A DNA stretch of 64,000 bases from Fibrobacterales bacterium (GTDB lineage Bacteria > Fibrobacterota > Fibrobacteria > Fibrobacterales > JAOPTW01), in the NCBI GenBank assembly GCA_051532055.1, contig JAOPTX010000042.1, positions 111,101 through 175,100 on the forward strand. The letters run 5' to 3'. Both the position numbers and the translations under genes were made by a program. Positions 20,507-30,525 of the stretch are shown here, in pieces. The notes beneath the pieces are model-generated. The model saw only the letters and a program-made list of their open reading frames with translations, was not told the DNA's origin and did not search any database. Position 1 is the stretch's first letter; every line of letters starts with the position of its first letter.

Positions 20507-22741
20507 TTATTCTGGACACCCGTCCTCATCCATAAAGCTATTGAATGTTTCATGTTTATTAGGGCATTGATCCTTAATATCTATAATTCCATCACGATCA
20601 TTATCAGGATCAGGGCACCCATCTTCATCTTCAAATCCATCAAAATCTTCCGTAGATTCAGGGCAGTTATCAAGGTGATCCGGAATCTCATCGTTGTCCA
20701 CAAATTCAGGGCAGCCGTCATCATCATTTATACCATCTAAGTCTTCAGGTATTGATACACAACGATCAAAATTATCTAAAATGCCATCACCATCATTATC
20801 GAGTTCGGGGCAGCCGTCTTGGTCAAGATATCCATCAATATCTTCAGCACTTAAAGGGCATAGGTCTAGGCTATCAATAATTCCATCATCATCATTATCA
20901 TATTCAGGGCAACCATCCTGATCAAGGTATCCATCAATATCTTCAGGTATCATTTTACATTGATCGAGTGAATCCAGTATATTATCATTATCATCATCTA
21001 AATCAGGGCATCCATCAGTATCCAAGAATGAGTCTTTATCCTCAGCATCATAAGGACAAGCGTCACGATGGTCAGGAATACCGTCCTCATCATGATCCGT
21101 TATTTCACAATCCTCAATATCATTGTCCCTGCAAAATACTACCCGCTCAAAATAAGAACTATCAATAGAGTGATTAGCAATCATGTCAGGCTTTTTCCAC
21201 CATGCATCCAAAAACCGAATATCTTCATTAATGGAAATTCCTGCGTTATCAACTTCATACCTGCTATTAATCCGGTTTCGTGTTGAAAATCCAATATGGA
21301 TTAATGAATTTGTATACTGTGCAATTTGAGAGAGATCCATTGATAAATGTATTCCAGCCTCTATACCACGATCAAAATTAAATCGTATCGAAACCTCTGC
21401 ATTAAAATCCGGTCCTAAAGGGTGATTACCCACAAGACCCACTGCAGTGGTCGTATCTTTGTAGGTTCCCCCTTCTAAATACCACTGGACTCTACTCATA
21501 GATCCACTAAGTGGGGGGTGTACAGGGACTTTCGCAATCCGATACATCATAAAAGGACTATTTTGAAGCTCTTCTTGATTAATCATTCCTAAAGAAAATT
21601 CCATTGGCCTCCAATTAAACAGAGAAACCTTCTGCCCCCACAATACACCACGTGCATTATAACCAAAATAACCAAAGGACACTTGGGGGAATCGAATCGA
21701 CATAAAATTGTTTGAGTATTTAACAGGTATTTCATATTGTAACACTCGTCTCGACCAATAGGATATACTCGTCAAGTCATTCTCATGAGCAGATAGTAGG
21801 GGTAAATTAAATGTGTTAACCCACATAAGATTGGGGACTCCTGTTTCAACGGCAATATCACTCTCAATACCTATTCTATACGCAAGATTTTCTTGATAGC
21901 TTCCCACTAAATCCGGTTTTATATCAATCCATATAATAGGTTCTTTAAAATTCATTCTTTTTTTGATTCGCTCAAGATCTGGATCAATTGTTTTAAAGTT
22001 CTTAGTGTATTCAAAGCCCACAACAAATGAACTCATATGATCGGGATAGAACCGTGTTGAAGCACGACCAAGCATAATACTCAAACCGGTATAGGGGTGT
22101 TTTTCAAAGCTAGGGCGGAGCAGTAAAAACTGACTTAATTCAAAACCGAGATCACTCAATTTATTTTCAAATATTAAGGAATAACTCCCATTATCGATAA
22201 TTCCATTCAGAAAGGCGCGAATAGGAGTATAAAGCTCCTTTTGGGGACTCTCTTTAGTATAACGCTGATACACAGCCCCTGTTTCAAATATTATTTTTGT
22301 TTGAAAAGGGTAAAAATTTGTTGAACCCACAAAGAATAGATTCCCAATAAAGTTGTGTTTATTAAGTAAATCTGTGGTTCCGATACTCAGTAGAGGTGAG
22401 TTGCCTGAAAAGCGTTCAAATTGGTATTTTATTGCCAAACGGGGCACATAAAAATTATCCCCATCTGAAGTCATCGTTGATATAACAGTGCCCATTTCAA
22501 GATTATTGAGTAATGCAAGGTTAAAACCACCATTGAATGATTGGCGAGTAATATCTGGATATGGACTATAATAAACAGGAAGGATATTGCCAAAGCCCGT
22601 AAAAGTACCACTCGGCTTAATGGATGCAGATGGTGTTGTGTGGTATCCATACAACCCGTCAATGGATATAAACTGTCCCATCAACAGAGTCGTTGACACA
22701 GAAATTAAAAGTATAAGAGATCTAACGTTCACACGACTCAC
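20507..22741 (-). CDS. YjbH-like outer-membrane protein with C-terminal thrombospondin type-3-like Ca-binding repeats
   Basis: N-terminal GLYGYHTTPSA resembles the YjbH GxxGxxxxPxA motif; C-terminal repeats DxDxDGIxDxxDxCP..EDxDGxxDxDGCP. Confidence 0.6.
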   Translation of the reverse strand: MSRVNVRSLILLISVSTTLLMGQFISIDGLYGYHTTPSASIKPSGTFTGFGNILPVYYSPYPDITRQSFNGGFNLALLNNLEMGTVISTMTSDGDNFYVPRLAIKYQFERFSGNSPLLSIGTTDLLNKHNFIGNLFFVGSTNFYPFQTKIIFETGAVYQRYTKESPQKELYTPIRAFLNGIIDNGSYSLIFENKLSDLGFELSQFLLLRPSFEKHPYTGLSIMLGRASTRFYPDHMSSFVVGFEYTKNFKTIDPDLERIKKRMNFKEPIIWIDIKPDLVGSYQENLAYRIGIESDIAVETGVPNLMWVNTFNLPLLSAHENDLTSISYWSRRVLQYEIPVKYSNNFMSIRFPQVSFGYFGYNARGVLWGQKVSLFNWRPMEFSLGMINQEELQNSPFMMYRIAKVPVHPPLSGSMSRVQWYLEGGTYKDTTTAVGLVGNHPLGPDFNAEVSIRFNFDRGIEAGIHLSMDLSQIAQYTNSLIHIGFSTRNRINSRYEVDNAGISINEDIRFLDAWWKKPDMIANHSIDSSYFERVVFCRDNDIEDCEITDHDEDGIPDHRDACPYDAEDKDSFLDTDGCPDLDDDNDNILDSLDQCKMIPEDIDGYLDQDGCPEYDNDDDGIIDSLDLCPLSAEDIDGYLDQDGCPELDNDGDGILDNFDRCVSIPEDLDGINDDDGCPEFVDNDEIPDHLDNCPESTEDFDGFEDEDGCPDPDNDRDGIIDIKDQCPNKHETFNSFMDEDGCPE

Positions 22742-22788
22742 AACTATAAAGGTAACTGTTCCTCTATAGGTTTTCGGCTTTATTTAGC

Positions 22789-23322
22789 TTATCGTTTAGA
22801 ACCTTTCGCAATAAGTCGATTTTTTTTAAGATTTTCCATGTAATAGAGGGATGCAAAAAAACAAATACCCCCTATAATTGTTGCGAGCACCGTCATACCG
22901 ACCATAAAACTCACAAAATGAAGAGTATTTTCGGAGGCAAGAGCTGCAAGTCCTCTTAAGGTTTCACCGTAACTCTGCAACTCTGTCAAAGAAAATCCCT
23001 GAGATATTTTTTGGAAAATCGTTAGAAATTCAAAAGGGGGCGGGTCAATAATAGCAGTCCCGATAGCGTATCCCCCAGGATAGAACAGAGGAAATTGGGT
23101 TGCAGGATTTGCAATAAAAGAAGAAGTAACTCCCGGTATAACAGGAATATGTATGATTTTACAAACGAGTACCGTGAGGGCAATGGCAATACCAATAGTT
23201 GGCATTACACCTATCCAGACACCAAGAAATATAGAGAGTGCTACAGGGAACGACTGCTGATCACGAGGAAACAGTTTGTAGCGATAATATCGGACAGCGC
23301 GAGTGATTTTTTCTCTATTCAT
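22789..23322 (-). CDS. DUF2062 family membrane protein
   Basis: ALSIFLGVWIGVMPTIG and ANP.T..P.FY motifs; hydrophobic helices. Confidence 0.75.
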   Translation of the reverse strand: MNREKITRAVRYYRYKLFPRDQQSFPVALSIFLGVWIGVMPTIGIAIALTVLVCKIIHIPVIPGVTSSFIANPATQFPLFYPGGYAIGTAIIDPPPFEFLTIFQKISQGFSLTELQSYGETLRGLAALASENTLHFVSFMVGMTVLATIIGGICFFASLYYMENLKKNRLIAKGSKR

Positions 23323-23471
23323 AAAGTGGCTAGATCAGTTCAGTATGATCATATTCTCCTAAACAGCCAAAATTTAACTTATTCCAAGAGGATGTGATTT
23401 AAAAAGGGGTATTAATTTTGTATTTTTGCACCTAAAGAATGATTTATTACCCTACCTCTCAGGAGACTTCT

Positions 23472-24359
23472 GTGTCAGAGACTACTCATCGAAAAGATAC
23501 TATTATTCGATCCACTGCCGAAAAGGCGCCCTTTAGAGTTGTCGTCATTGATTTTACCAATACAGCAAATAAAATTGGAATGATACAAGGGGCTGAAGCT
23601 TGGACCCTTTCACTTCTTGCAGAGGCTTCTATCGCATCACTCATGCTCTCTTCATCTTTAAAGGATAATGGAACGGTAAGCTTTAAAGCTGAGTTTTCAG
23701 GTGACATTAGCTATGTAATGGCTGATTCAACACCTGCTGGACTGGTTCGTGCTAAAATTCCTCATCAGGAAATTGATGCAGCGGGTGACTTTGAACTCCT
23801 ATTATCACCTCAAACTATTCGAGTCAAAAAGTACAACAAAGAAGCTAAAATGCTATCTGAAGGTATCGTTGAGATGACTCACCCTGAAATTAGTAAATCT
23901 CTCGCGGCATACTATCTCAATTCTGAGCAAACAAAGTCTGCAGTTGGTATTGCTACTAAATTAAAAGAGGGTACTACTAAGGAACTTGAATTTGCTGTAG
24001 GGTTTCTTGTAGAGGCTTTTCCTGATATTGATGATAAAACAACAGCCATTCTTGAACAAGTCATTGTTAATATGAAACCATTTGGAGATTTCAGTACACC
24101 TGATGGCTACGATATTGAAGGACTCCTTTCTGAACTTTATGGCCCGTTTACACCCGTTATTCATGCAACGCGAGACCCAGAATTCAAATGTTTTTGTTCA
24201 AAAGAGCGCTCGCTCAACTCACTACAAGCTTTAACGAAAGAAGACATTGAAGACATTATTACAAAAGGCGACGATACAGAAATAATCTGTGATTATTGCC
24301 GAACACAGTACCTATTCACCCCAACTGAAATTCAAGAACAACTTAAGGGAGCGGAATAA
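23472..24359 (+). CDS. hslO: Hsp33 redox-regulated chaperone
   Basis: YY..SEQ motif; C-terminal CxC...CxxC Zn switch (CFCS...CDYC); GTG at 23472 follows AGGAG (ORF track starts at 23439). Confidence 0.9.
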   Translation: MSETTHRKDTIIRSTAEKAPFRVVVIDFTNTANKIGMIQGAEAWTLSLLAEASIASLMLSSSLKDNGTVSFKAEFSGDISYVMADSTPAGLVRAKIPHQEIDAAGDFELLLSPQTIRVKKYNKEAKMLSEGIVEMTHPEISKSLAAYYLNSEQTKSAVGIATKLKEGTTKELEFAVGFLVEAFPDIDDKTTAILEQVIVNMKPFGDFSTPDGYDIEGLLSELYGPFTPVIHATRDPEFKCFCSKERSLNSLQALTKEDIEDIITKGDDTEIICDYCRTQYLFTPTEIQEQLKGAE

Positions 24360-24970
24360 TGGCTATACAAAAAATTATTACCCTCGATTTAGAAGGCGTT
24401 CTCATTCCGGAAGTGTGGATCGAGTTTGCAAAAAAAACAGGAATTGAAGAGTTAAAATTGACCACTCGTGACATCCCTGATTATGACGAGTTGATGCAAG
24501 GGCGTCTCAATATTTTAAATGAAAACAACTTCAAGCTCAGTCAAATACAAGAAGTTATAGGAACACTCGAGCCACTCAAAGGTGCAAAAGAGTTTCTTAC
24601 TGAGCTACGTTCCATCACACAGGTTATCATCTTATCTGATACCTTTGTAGAATTTGCAGTCCCTTTCATGAAGCAGCTCGATTGGCCAACCATTTTTTGT
24701 CACAATCTTAAAGTTGAGAATGATGTCATTGTTGATTATTGTCTAAGACAGCCAGACCAGAAGAAAAAAGCAGTCCAAGCACTTACGGGGCTAAATTACT
24801 CTATCTGTGCTGCAGGTGACTCGTTTAATGATACAACAATGCTTAAGGAGGCAGAACTCGGCATTCTCTTCAAATCCAACAAGGCGATTCAGGATCAATT
24901 CCCTGAACTTCCTGCCGTAGAAGAATATCCTGATCTCATGAAACTCATAAAGAATTTCCTTAATCAGTAA
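24359..24970 (+). CDS. thrH: Phosphoserine phosphatase / homoserine phosphotransferase
   Basis: HAD motif LDLEGVLIPE, TTRDIPDYD.LM, ILSDTF, AAGDSFNDTTML. Confidence 0.92.
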   Translation: MAIQKIITLDLEGVLIPEVWIEFAKKTGIEELKLTTRDIPDYDELMQGRLNILNENNFKLSQIQEVIGTLEPLKGAKEFLTELRSITQVIILSDTFVEFAVPFMKQLDWPTIFCHNLKVENDVIVDYCLRQPDQKKKAVQALTGLNYSICAAGDSFNDTTMLKEAELGILFKSNKAIQDQFPELPAVEEYPDLMKLIKNFLNQ

Positions 24971-25048
24971 TTTCTAAGAATTAAATTCTTTAGTGCCGCC
25001 CGTCATATCCGTAAAAGGCATACTATTAATAGGAAAGATCAAACAACC

Positions 25049-26569
25049 TTACTCTTTCTTGCCTTTGGCCATAAAGAGTATCAACGTTACGATAACAATT
25101 GCAAGTAAAATTCCAATTATCGCATTGATAGAATTACGAGTGAGGCCGAGTCTATCTATAAAAGATGCTGCACTTCCATCTTGGCCAGGTAGGTCGACTT
25201 CAATGACCATATCATCAGCTTCATACGTCTCATTCATAGTTGATTTTTTTAGAATTTGATTCACTTTTGCATCCATGCTTTGAAGCTCTTTAATGAAGTA
25301 CCCTTCATTAAAATCACCATAAATCCCAGAAACTTGCCACCAAATATTTTCTAATCCCTCTTTTAGCACATAACCAATCTCAGCCCATTCAGGAATATTA
25401 GGAAAAGCCCGCCCCATTTTTAAACTCGTTAAAACGGCTTGATAATAGTCACTATTAACTTCCGGCACATTATTTATAATCTTCTTTTTAGTGGAAAATG
25501 CACCAATATCTCGGGTATAATGAAAGAGAGTAGAGTCCTGCATGAGGAACCCTAATAACTTAAGGGCTTTCTCTTTGTTTTTTGAGTATTTAGGTATCGC
25601 AAGGTTACTTCCACCCATAAAAGTAAACTGTCCACCTGGGCCTTTTGGATAAGGTACCAAAACCATATCTTCAAGTTTATCTAATTTTGCTTTACCTTCT
25701 TTTACTCTATTATAATGACGGGTTAACGCACCAAAAGTCGTTCCCAATAAGCAGAAAGAATTACCATTAGTGAATTTTCGTTCTGTGACGATGGTTCCCC
25801 GTTCAATATCTGCTGAGTCTACAAGTTTCTCAAAATAGTATGAGATGTACTCTCGGATCCCTGCAATTGTTTTTGGATCACTCATATTACTTACAAACTT
25901 GTCATCAACTTCTTTTACAAATGATCCTCCATGTGACCATATCCATGGGGCAAAATTATGAATCAAATTCCAGTCTCCTATTCCTGAAAATGAAATAGGC
26001 CATACTCGTTTTCCTTCGTGAAATTCCTTTTTCTGTGCAAAAATTTTGAGTGATTTCTTAAAACCCTCCATTGTCTCGAAGTTCTTTAAAGAATAACCCA
26101 TTGAGTCAAAGTACCGTTTATTCAGAGATATGGTACGAATATCTAAAAACCAAGGTAATGACACTATTTCACTAAAGCCATATCTATGAGTTGAACTCCA
26201 TGTAGCGGGTAAAAACTCTTCAGGTCTTGAAAGTGACTCTATATAAGGGGTCAAATCAAGTAAAGCACCAATCTCACTTAGATAGGGGACCCAAGTAGTT
26301 CCCACTTGTACTATATCTGGCCCCCTGCGTGTTTTTGCAATCATTTTAAGCCGTGAGAAGGCATTCCCCCAGCTTAACACTTCAACATTAACAGTAATAC
26401 CGGGGTTCTCTTTTTCAAACTGGTCAGTATATGCTTTTAAATTCTTTTTAGGTTGTTCACCATTAGGCATGATCCACATATTCAATGTAGTGGTCGCGAG
26501 CGCTGAACTTGCCACAATAGAGAGAACAATGAAAATATTTCGGATTTTTAAAAAGCCGTAGCTTTGCAT
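25049..26569 (-). CDS. Sugar-type extracellular solute-binding protein (family 1) with C-terminal TM anchor
   Basis: FEKENPGITVNVE, PDIVQVGTTW, LPWFLD.R, FMGGSNLAI motifs; C-terminal hydrophobic helix followed by KGKKE. Confidence 0.8.
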   Translation of the reverse strand: MQSYGFLKIRNIFIVLSIVASSALATTTLNMWIMPNGEQPKKNLKAYTDQFEKENPGITVNVEVLSWGNAFSRLKMIAKTRRGPDIVQVGTTWVPYLSEIGALLDLTPYIESLSRPEEFLPATWSSTHRYGFSEIVSLPWFLDIRTISLNKRYFDSMGYSLKNFETMEGFKKSLKIFAQKKEFHEGKRVWPISFSGIGDWNLIHNFAPWIWSHGGSFVKEVDDKFVSNMSDPKTIAGIREYISYYFEKLVDSADIERGTIVTERKFTNGNSFCLLGTTFGALTRHYNRVKEGKAKLDKLEDMVLVPYPKGPGGQFTFMGGSNLAIPKYSKNKEKALKLLGFLMQDSTLFHYTRDIGAFSTKKKIINNVPEVNSDYYQAVLTSLKMGRAFPNIPEWAEIGYVLKEGLENIWWQVSGIYGDFNEGYFIKELQSMDAKVNQILKKSTMNETYEADDMVIEVDLPGQDGSAASFIDRLGLTRNSINAIIGILLAIVIVTLILFMAKGKKE

Positions 26570-26805
26570 ACTATTCCAATTTTACGTAGTTATAATTTAA
26601 TATAGTATAATTCGGTTTCTTTGTTAGAGATCTAATCTTTCTCATTATTGCTTAACAAGTAAAATTAAGATTTTTTAAAATACATACTGAAACGGCATCA
26701 TAAATCGTGTAAAAAACTTACTCACTCATAAAGTTATGGTACTTCGATGACTAAAAATGATCTTTTTCCTATAATTTCAATGAGTTTAAAGCAATCGGAT
26801 AATGT

Positions 26806-29364
26806 ATGACCATTCCTGAACATTTTACCCAACTAAAAGAAAAAGTTAAAAAGCCAGAGCTCCTGCTCCCTCTCATTTTTCCTGTAGTTGTCGTTGTTCT
26901 TCTTATTCTTCTTGCTCAAAAAGGGCCGCTTCGTGAATTAGTTGATAATTTGGCAGGAGGAAAATATTTTCTCAAACAAGTTATGGATCAGCATGAAAGT
27001 TTTTGGATTCTTCTCCTTAATATCATTGTAATCGGTGCGCTCTCTATTGTAAAAAGAAAGTCATTATGGGAGTTTTTTAAGAAGTATACCCCAAGTAAAT
27101 CAACGATTGTAGTTCTTACATCACTTGCCGTTATCTGTACTTGGTTTACTGGCACTTATATCGTTGAACGTCATCGTGTTCAGTCAGATGAATCTATTTA
27201 TCTAGCTGCAGCCCAAAACATGTATCATAATCAGAGTGCCGGTGCATGCAAAGAGGGTTACTTTGACGCGAAAGGTGACATGAACTGTAAAACGACTGTT
27301 ACTAATTTTAAAGCAAAAGGCCTCGCGCTCCTATACATGATCCCCATGAAGTTTTTAGGTGAAGACCTTGAATGGATTTTTAAACTACAGTTACTTTTCT
27401 ATTTCCTTATGTTCTTCGCAACCTTTTACGGAATTAACAGTTGGACGAATAACGAGGTACTTTCTCTCTTTTCAACAGCTATGCTCGGTTTGACGCCGAC
27501 ACTCATGTTTCAGTTTCGGTCATCATCGGTGGAACCTCTCTATGTACTCCTCTCGCTCACTGCGCTCTTTTTAATGAAATGGGCTTTTGAGCACAGTAAA
27601 GATCATTGGGATTGGGCACTGTTTGCATCATTTTTAGGATTATTTGCACAAACAAGACAAGAGACCGTATTTTGTTTCTTAGCATTTGGCATTTTTTCGC
27701 TCCCCCTTCTTCTCGATAATAGGAAGAGCTTTCACGCATTTACAACATTTCTTACCTTCTTCAGTATCCCTATATTGATTACCATCTCAATTTATCAAGG
27801 GTATTCATTTCAAGGGGGGGAACATAGTGCTCATGGGCACTTCTGGGAAAACCTTTGGATTAACTTAAAACTCATGATTAATACTCCTATGAAAGGCGAC
27901 CTCCTTGATAACCCTTTCCTCAGTTATCAAACGGTACTTGCTATTGCAGGCTTCGTAACTTTTTGTGTGGCCGCATTTAAAAATAGTTCTTATCGTAAGT
28001 GGTTGCTCTTCTTAGCACTATACCATATCCAAAGTTTTATGATATTCGAAAATGTTTCAGGTGATTTCACTATTAACATTAACCAACGATATATCCTTAT
28101 AGTACTCCCAACCATGGCTTTTTTCGCCGGGTTTTTCATATATCAAGTTCTTGCTGTTTGGATCAAAAAATTTATTGGCGGGGGAGACGAAACCGTTTCT
28201 GTTCAAAAAAACATTGCTTTTACCCTCTTAGTGTTAGCAGTGATATTTTCACTTACTTATAGACATCAACCAAGTTTTGAAAAAAACATAATGTACAAAC
28301 GTAATCATCTCACCACTGAACAAGTAGAACTTCGTGGTTGGATTTCTGAAAATGAAGGGCGTAAACTCTTCATATATGGCCGCCCTTATCATATGATAGG
28401 TTATGGCCACTCATCTATGCATTACCGTAACTTCAAATCCCTTGGTTCTATAAAGCAAAAAGAATTAATGAAGTCATTTGGTGGGGAAGTGTACTATGTA
28501 CGAGGGCTTGATTGTTGGAATAGTAAATCATTTCACAAAAAGGCTGTTGAAACTCGAATAGAGGCAGTATGTGATGGTTTTGAGCAGTCCTATGACCTTC
28601 AAGAAGTATTTCGTTCTAAAGTAGTGCGGAGCTATCCTCTATACATATCTAAACTCCATGGCAAAAGAGTAATGCAAATCGAAAGAGATCTTACTCTTTC
28701 AGATATAATTATAACTGATAAATCTCTTTCAGTTACACTCTCACTTAAGAAAATCGGTAAGTCTGCTGATTTCGATATCATTTTTAATGGACAAAAAGTA
28801 CAGTCGATTAAACCTAAAAAAGGTGATACTGAGCTCAACATACCCCTTAAAGAAAAAATTATTGGTTTTTATACCTTAGAAGTGCTTGCTTTTAATAGTA
28901 AAGGAAGAGATCTAGGTAGAGTTACAAAAGATGGGTTTATTGACGACCCATCAGTAAAGCCACTGACACAGCTTAAAGCTATAAAGAGCATTCAATCATG
29001 GTCTAAGGCTCAAATAGATAAATCTCTCGATGGAAACGTATTGAAAATTGGTGGAAGAGAGTTTACTAGTGGGTATGGTGTTCACGCCTTTTCAACTCAA
29101 GATTTTCAACTAGATAGTCATTACAAATCATTTATAGCGGGTTATGGTCTTGATGATGAAGACCCTGGAGGAGATGGTGTTCGCTTTATAGTTTATGGTG
29201 ATGGAAAAGAGTTATTTAAATCATCTGTTGTAAAGAATTTTACCTATAATAGCCTAACAATCGATGTTTCTAATGTTAAGGTACTTTCACTGCAAGTTGA
29301 CTCACTTACAGACAAACATTATGATCACGCTGACTGGATACAACCAATTCTTATAAAACAGTAG
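26806..29364 (+). CDS. GT-C-fold (ArnT/PMT-like) polytopic membrane glycosyltransferase with C-terminal NPCBM/NEW2 domain
   Basis: QSDESIY (DE motif after the first TMs), TRQE, many TM helices; C-terminal GYGVHAFS...GLDDE...VRFIVYGDGKELF...DHADW matches NPCBM. Confidence 0.7.
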   Translation: MTIPEHFTQLKEKVKKPELLLPLIFPVVVVVLLILLAQKGPLRELVDNLAGGKYFLKQVMDQHESFWILLLNIIVIGALSIVKRKSLWEFFKKYTPSKSTIVVLTSLAVICTWFTGTYIVERHRVQSDESIYLAAAQNMYHNQSAGACKEGYFDAKGDMNCKTTVTNFKAKGLALLYMIPMKFLGEDLEWIFKLQLLFYFLMFFATFYGINSWTNNEVLSLFSTAMLGLTPTLMFQFRSSSVEPLYVLLSLTALFLMKWAFEHSKDHWDWALFASFLGLFAQTRQETVFCFLAFGIFSLPLLLDNRKSFHAFTTFLTFFSIPILITISIYQGYSFQGGEHSAHGHFWENLWINLKLMINTPMKGDLLDNPFLSYQTVLAIAGFVTFCVAAFKNSSYRKWLLFLALYHIQSFMIFENVSGDFTININQRYILIVLPTMAFFAGFFIYQVLAVWIKKFIGGGDETVSVQKNIAFTLLVLAVIFSLTYRHQPSFEKNIMYKRNHLTTEQVELRGWISENEGRKLFIYGRPYHMIGYGHSSMHYRNFKSLGSIKQKELMKSFGGEVYYVRGLDCWNSKSFHKKAVETRIEAVCDGFEQSYDLQEVFRSKVVRSYPLYISKLHGKRVMQIERDLTLSDIIITDKSLSVTLSLKKIGKSADFDIIFNGQKVQSIKPKKGDTELNIPLKEKIIGFYTLEVLAFNSKGRDLGRVTKDGFIDDPSVKPLTQLKAIKSIQSWSKAQIDKSLDGNVLKIGGREFTSGYGVHAFSTQDFQLDSHYKSFIAGYGLDDEDPGGDGVRFIVYGDGKELFKSSVVKNFTYNSLTIDVSNVKVLSLQVDSLTDKHYDHADWIQPILIKQ

Positions 29365-29371
29365 GATATAA

Positions 29372-29644
29372 ATGGACATTGAGCTAAAACTCGGAATCTT
29401 TATAGCGATACTTTTCCTATTCGTTGTAGGTGTTTCGTTTATGATTATCATGAATACCATAGGTGGGATTTCACATGCGCTAGAGCGCCTTCAGGAGATC
29501 ATTTCAAAAGAAGTCATACTCACCCACAATCAGAAGATTCAAGATCTTAAATTTGAACTTCAGCGCCGCGAAAATACAGAAGAACGAAAAAAGCGCCAAG
29601 AGGCACTTCTTAATGTACCACTTATTAAAAATGATGATGAATAA
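29372..29644 (+). CDS. Small single-TM hypothetical protein with coiled-coil tail
   Basis: ORF with RBS (AGGA), tightly packed between the GT gene and gmk; N-terminal TM. Confidence 0.7.
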   Translation: MDIELKLGIFIAILFLFVVGVSFMIIMNTIGGISHALERLQEIISKEVILTHNQKIQDLKFELQRRENTEERKKRQEALLNVPLIKNDDE

Positions 29645-29647
29645 TTT

Positions 29648-30214
29648 ATGAAATCGACACTTTTTGTACTCTCTGCTGCCTCTGGTGCAGGAAAAACGAC
29701 ATTAAAAGATAGAGTAATAGAAGATTTTGAAACACTTTCTTACTCTATTTCAGCTACGACCCGACCACCACGAACTGGGGAAGTCGATGGTCAGCATTAT
29801 TTCTTTAAAACCGTTGATCAGTTTAAAAAGATGATTAAAAATAATGAATTAATTGAGTATATGGAAGTCCATGGTAACTACTATGGAACCCCGCGTGGCT
29901 ACGTAGAAGATCAACTTTCTAAAGGCATTAGTGTCATTCTCGATATGGATGTATATGGTAAAATTACTTTTGATAAAGAGTACCCTAATGCAGTCGGCAT
30001 TTTCATAATGCCTCCTAATATGGCTGAGATGGAAAACCGTCTTCGTCACAGAGGGACCGATAGTGAAGAGGTGATTCAGTTGCGCCTTACAAATGCACGT
30101 GAAGAAATTGACTTTGCTGAAACTAAAGGGAAGTACGAACATTTACTCATTAATGATGAACTTGAAAAAGCAGTGAGTGACTTCAAAGGGTTACTCAATA
30201 CCTACATAAGTTAG
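29648..30214 (+). CDS. gmk: Guanylate kinase
   Basis: P-loop SAASGAGKTT, SISATTRPPR.GE.DG.HY, GNYYGT. Confidence 0.95.
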   Translation: MKSTLFVLSAASGAGKTTLKDRVIEDFETLSYSISATTRPPRTGEVDGQHYFFKTVDQFKKMIKNNELIEYMEVHGNYYGTPRGYVEDQLSKGISVILDMDVYGKITFDKEYPNAVGIFIMPPNMAEMENRLRHRGTDSEEVIQLRLTNAREEIDFAETKGKYEHLLINDELEKAVSDFKGLLNTYIS

Positions 30215-30265
30215 CGATTCATTAAACCTAAACATCTCTACATTTTCTCAATAAGCATAACTACC

Positions 30266-30300
30266 CTTGCACAGTACTTAACAAGAATGTTATCTTTGCA
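30266..30300 (+). promoter_or_regulatory. Putative promoter, Bacteroidota-style -7 box TAnnTTTG
   Basis: TATCTTTG at 30291-30298 with CTTG/TTGCAC about 21 nt upstream; 30 nt before the leader ORF. Confidence 0.45.
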
Positions 30301-30327
30301 TCATTAATTAACAACTAAAGAAACAGT

Positions 30328-30402
30328 ATGAACTTTTGTCTTAGAAACCTCGCAGTCAAGTTACCGGTATGGAATATACCAGGAGTTGTCCACCGTTTCT
30401 AA
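30328..30402 (+). CDS. Putative 24-aa leader peptide MNFCLRNLAVKLPVWNIPGVVHRF
   Basis: Hand-translated ATG..TAA lying between a promoter-like motif and an intrinsic terminator upstream of the EamA gene. Confidence 0.6.
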   Translation: MNFCLRNLAVKLPVWNIPGVVHRF

Positions 30403-30424
30403 GTATCTCTACTATTAGCAGAGC

Positions 30425-30460
30425 AAAGAGCCGTGGATTATTCCACGGCTCTTTTTTTTT
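30425..30460 (+). terminator. Intrinsic terminator (attenuator) in the EamA leader
   Basis: AAAGAGCCGTGGA-ttat-TCCACGGCTCTTT perfect 13-bp stem running into a T tract. Confidence 0.85.
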
Positions 30461-30525
30461 ACCCAAAAATCAGGCGGAGGCCTAAGAGGGTGGCACGCCC
30501 TATTACTGTGCAAAAGGAGTACACC

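Noticed and set aside
20507..21100. Periodic DNA repeats as a CRISPR array or VNTR
   Set aside because: They are degenerate codon-level repeats of TSP3-like protein motifs, not identical repeats with unique spacers.
30328..30402. Calling the leader peptide TnaC
   Set aside because: Same length and a loose W..NI...HR resemblance, but the TnaC W12/D16/P24 spacing is absent, no tryptophanase follows, and control here looks like intrinsic termination.
30433..30525. ORF-track N-terminal extension of EamA
   Set aside because: It starts inside the terminator hairpin; the ATG at 30526 has a clear AAGGAG RBS and matches the family N-terminus.
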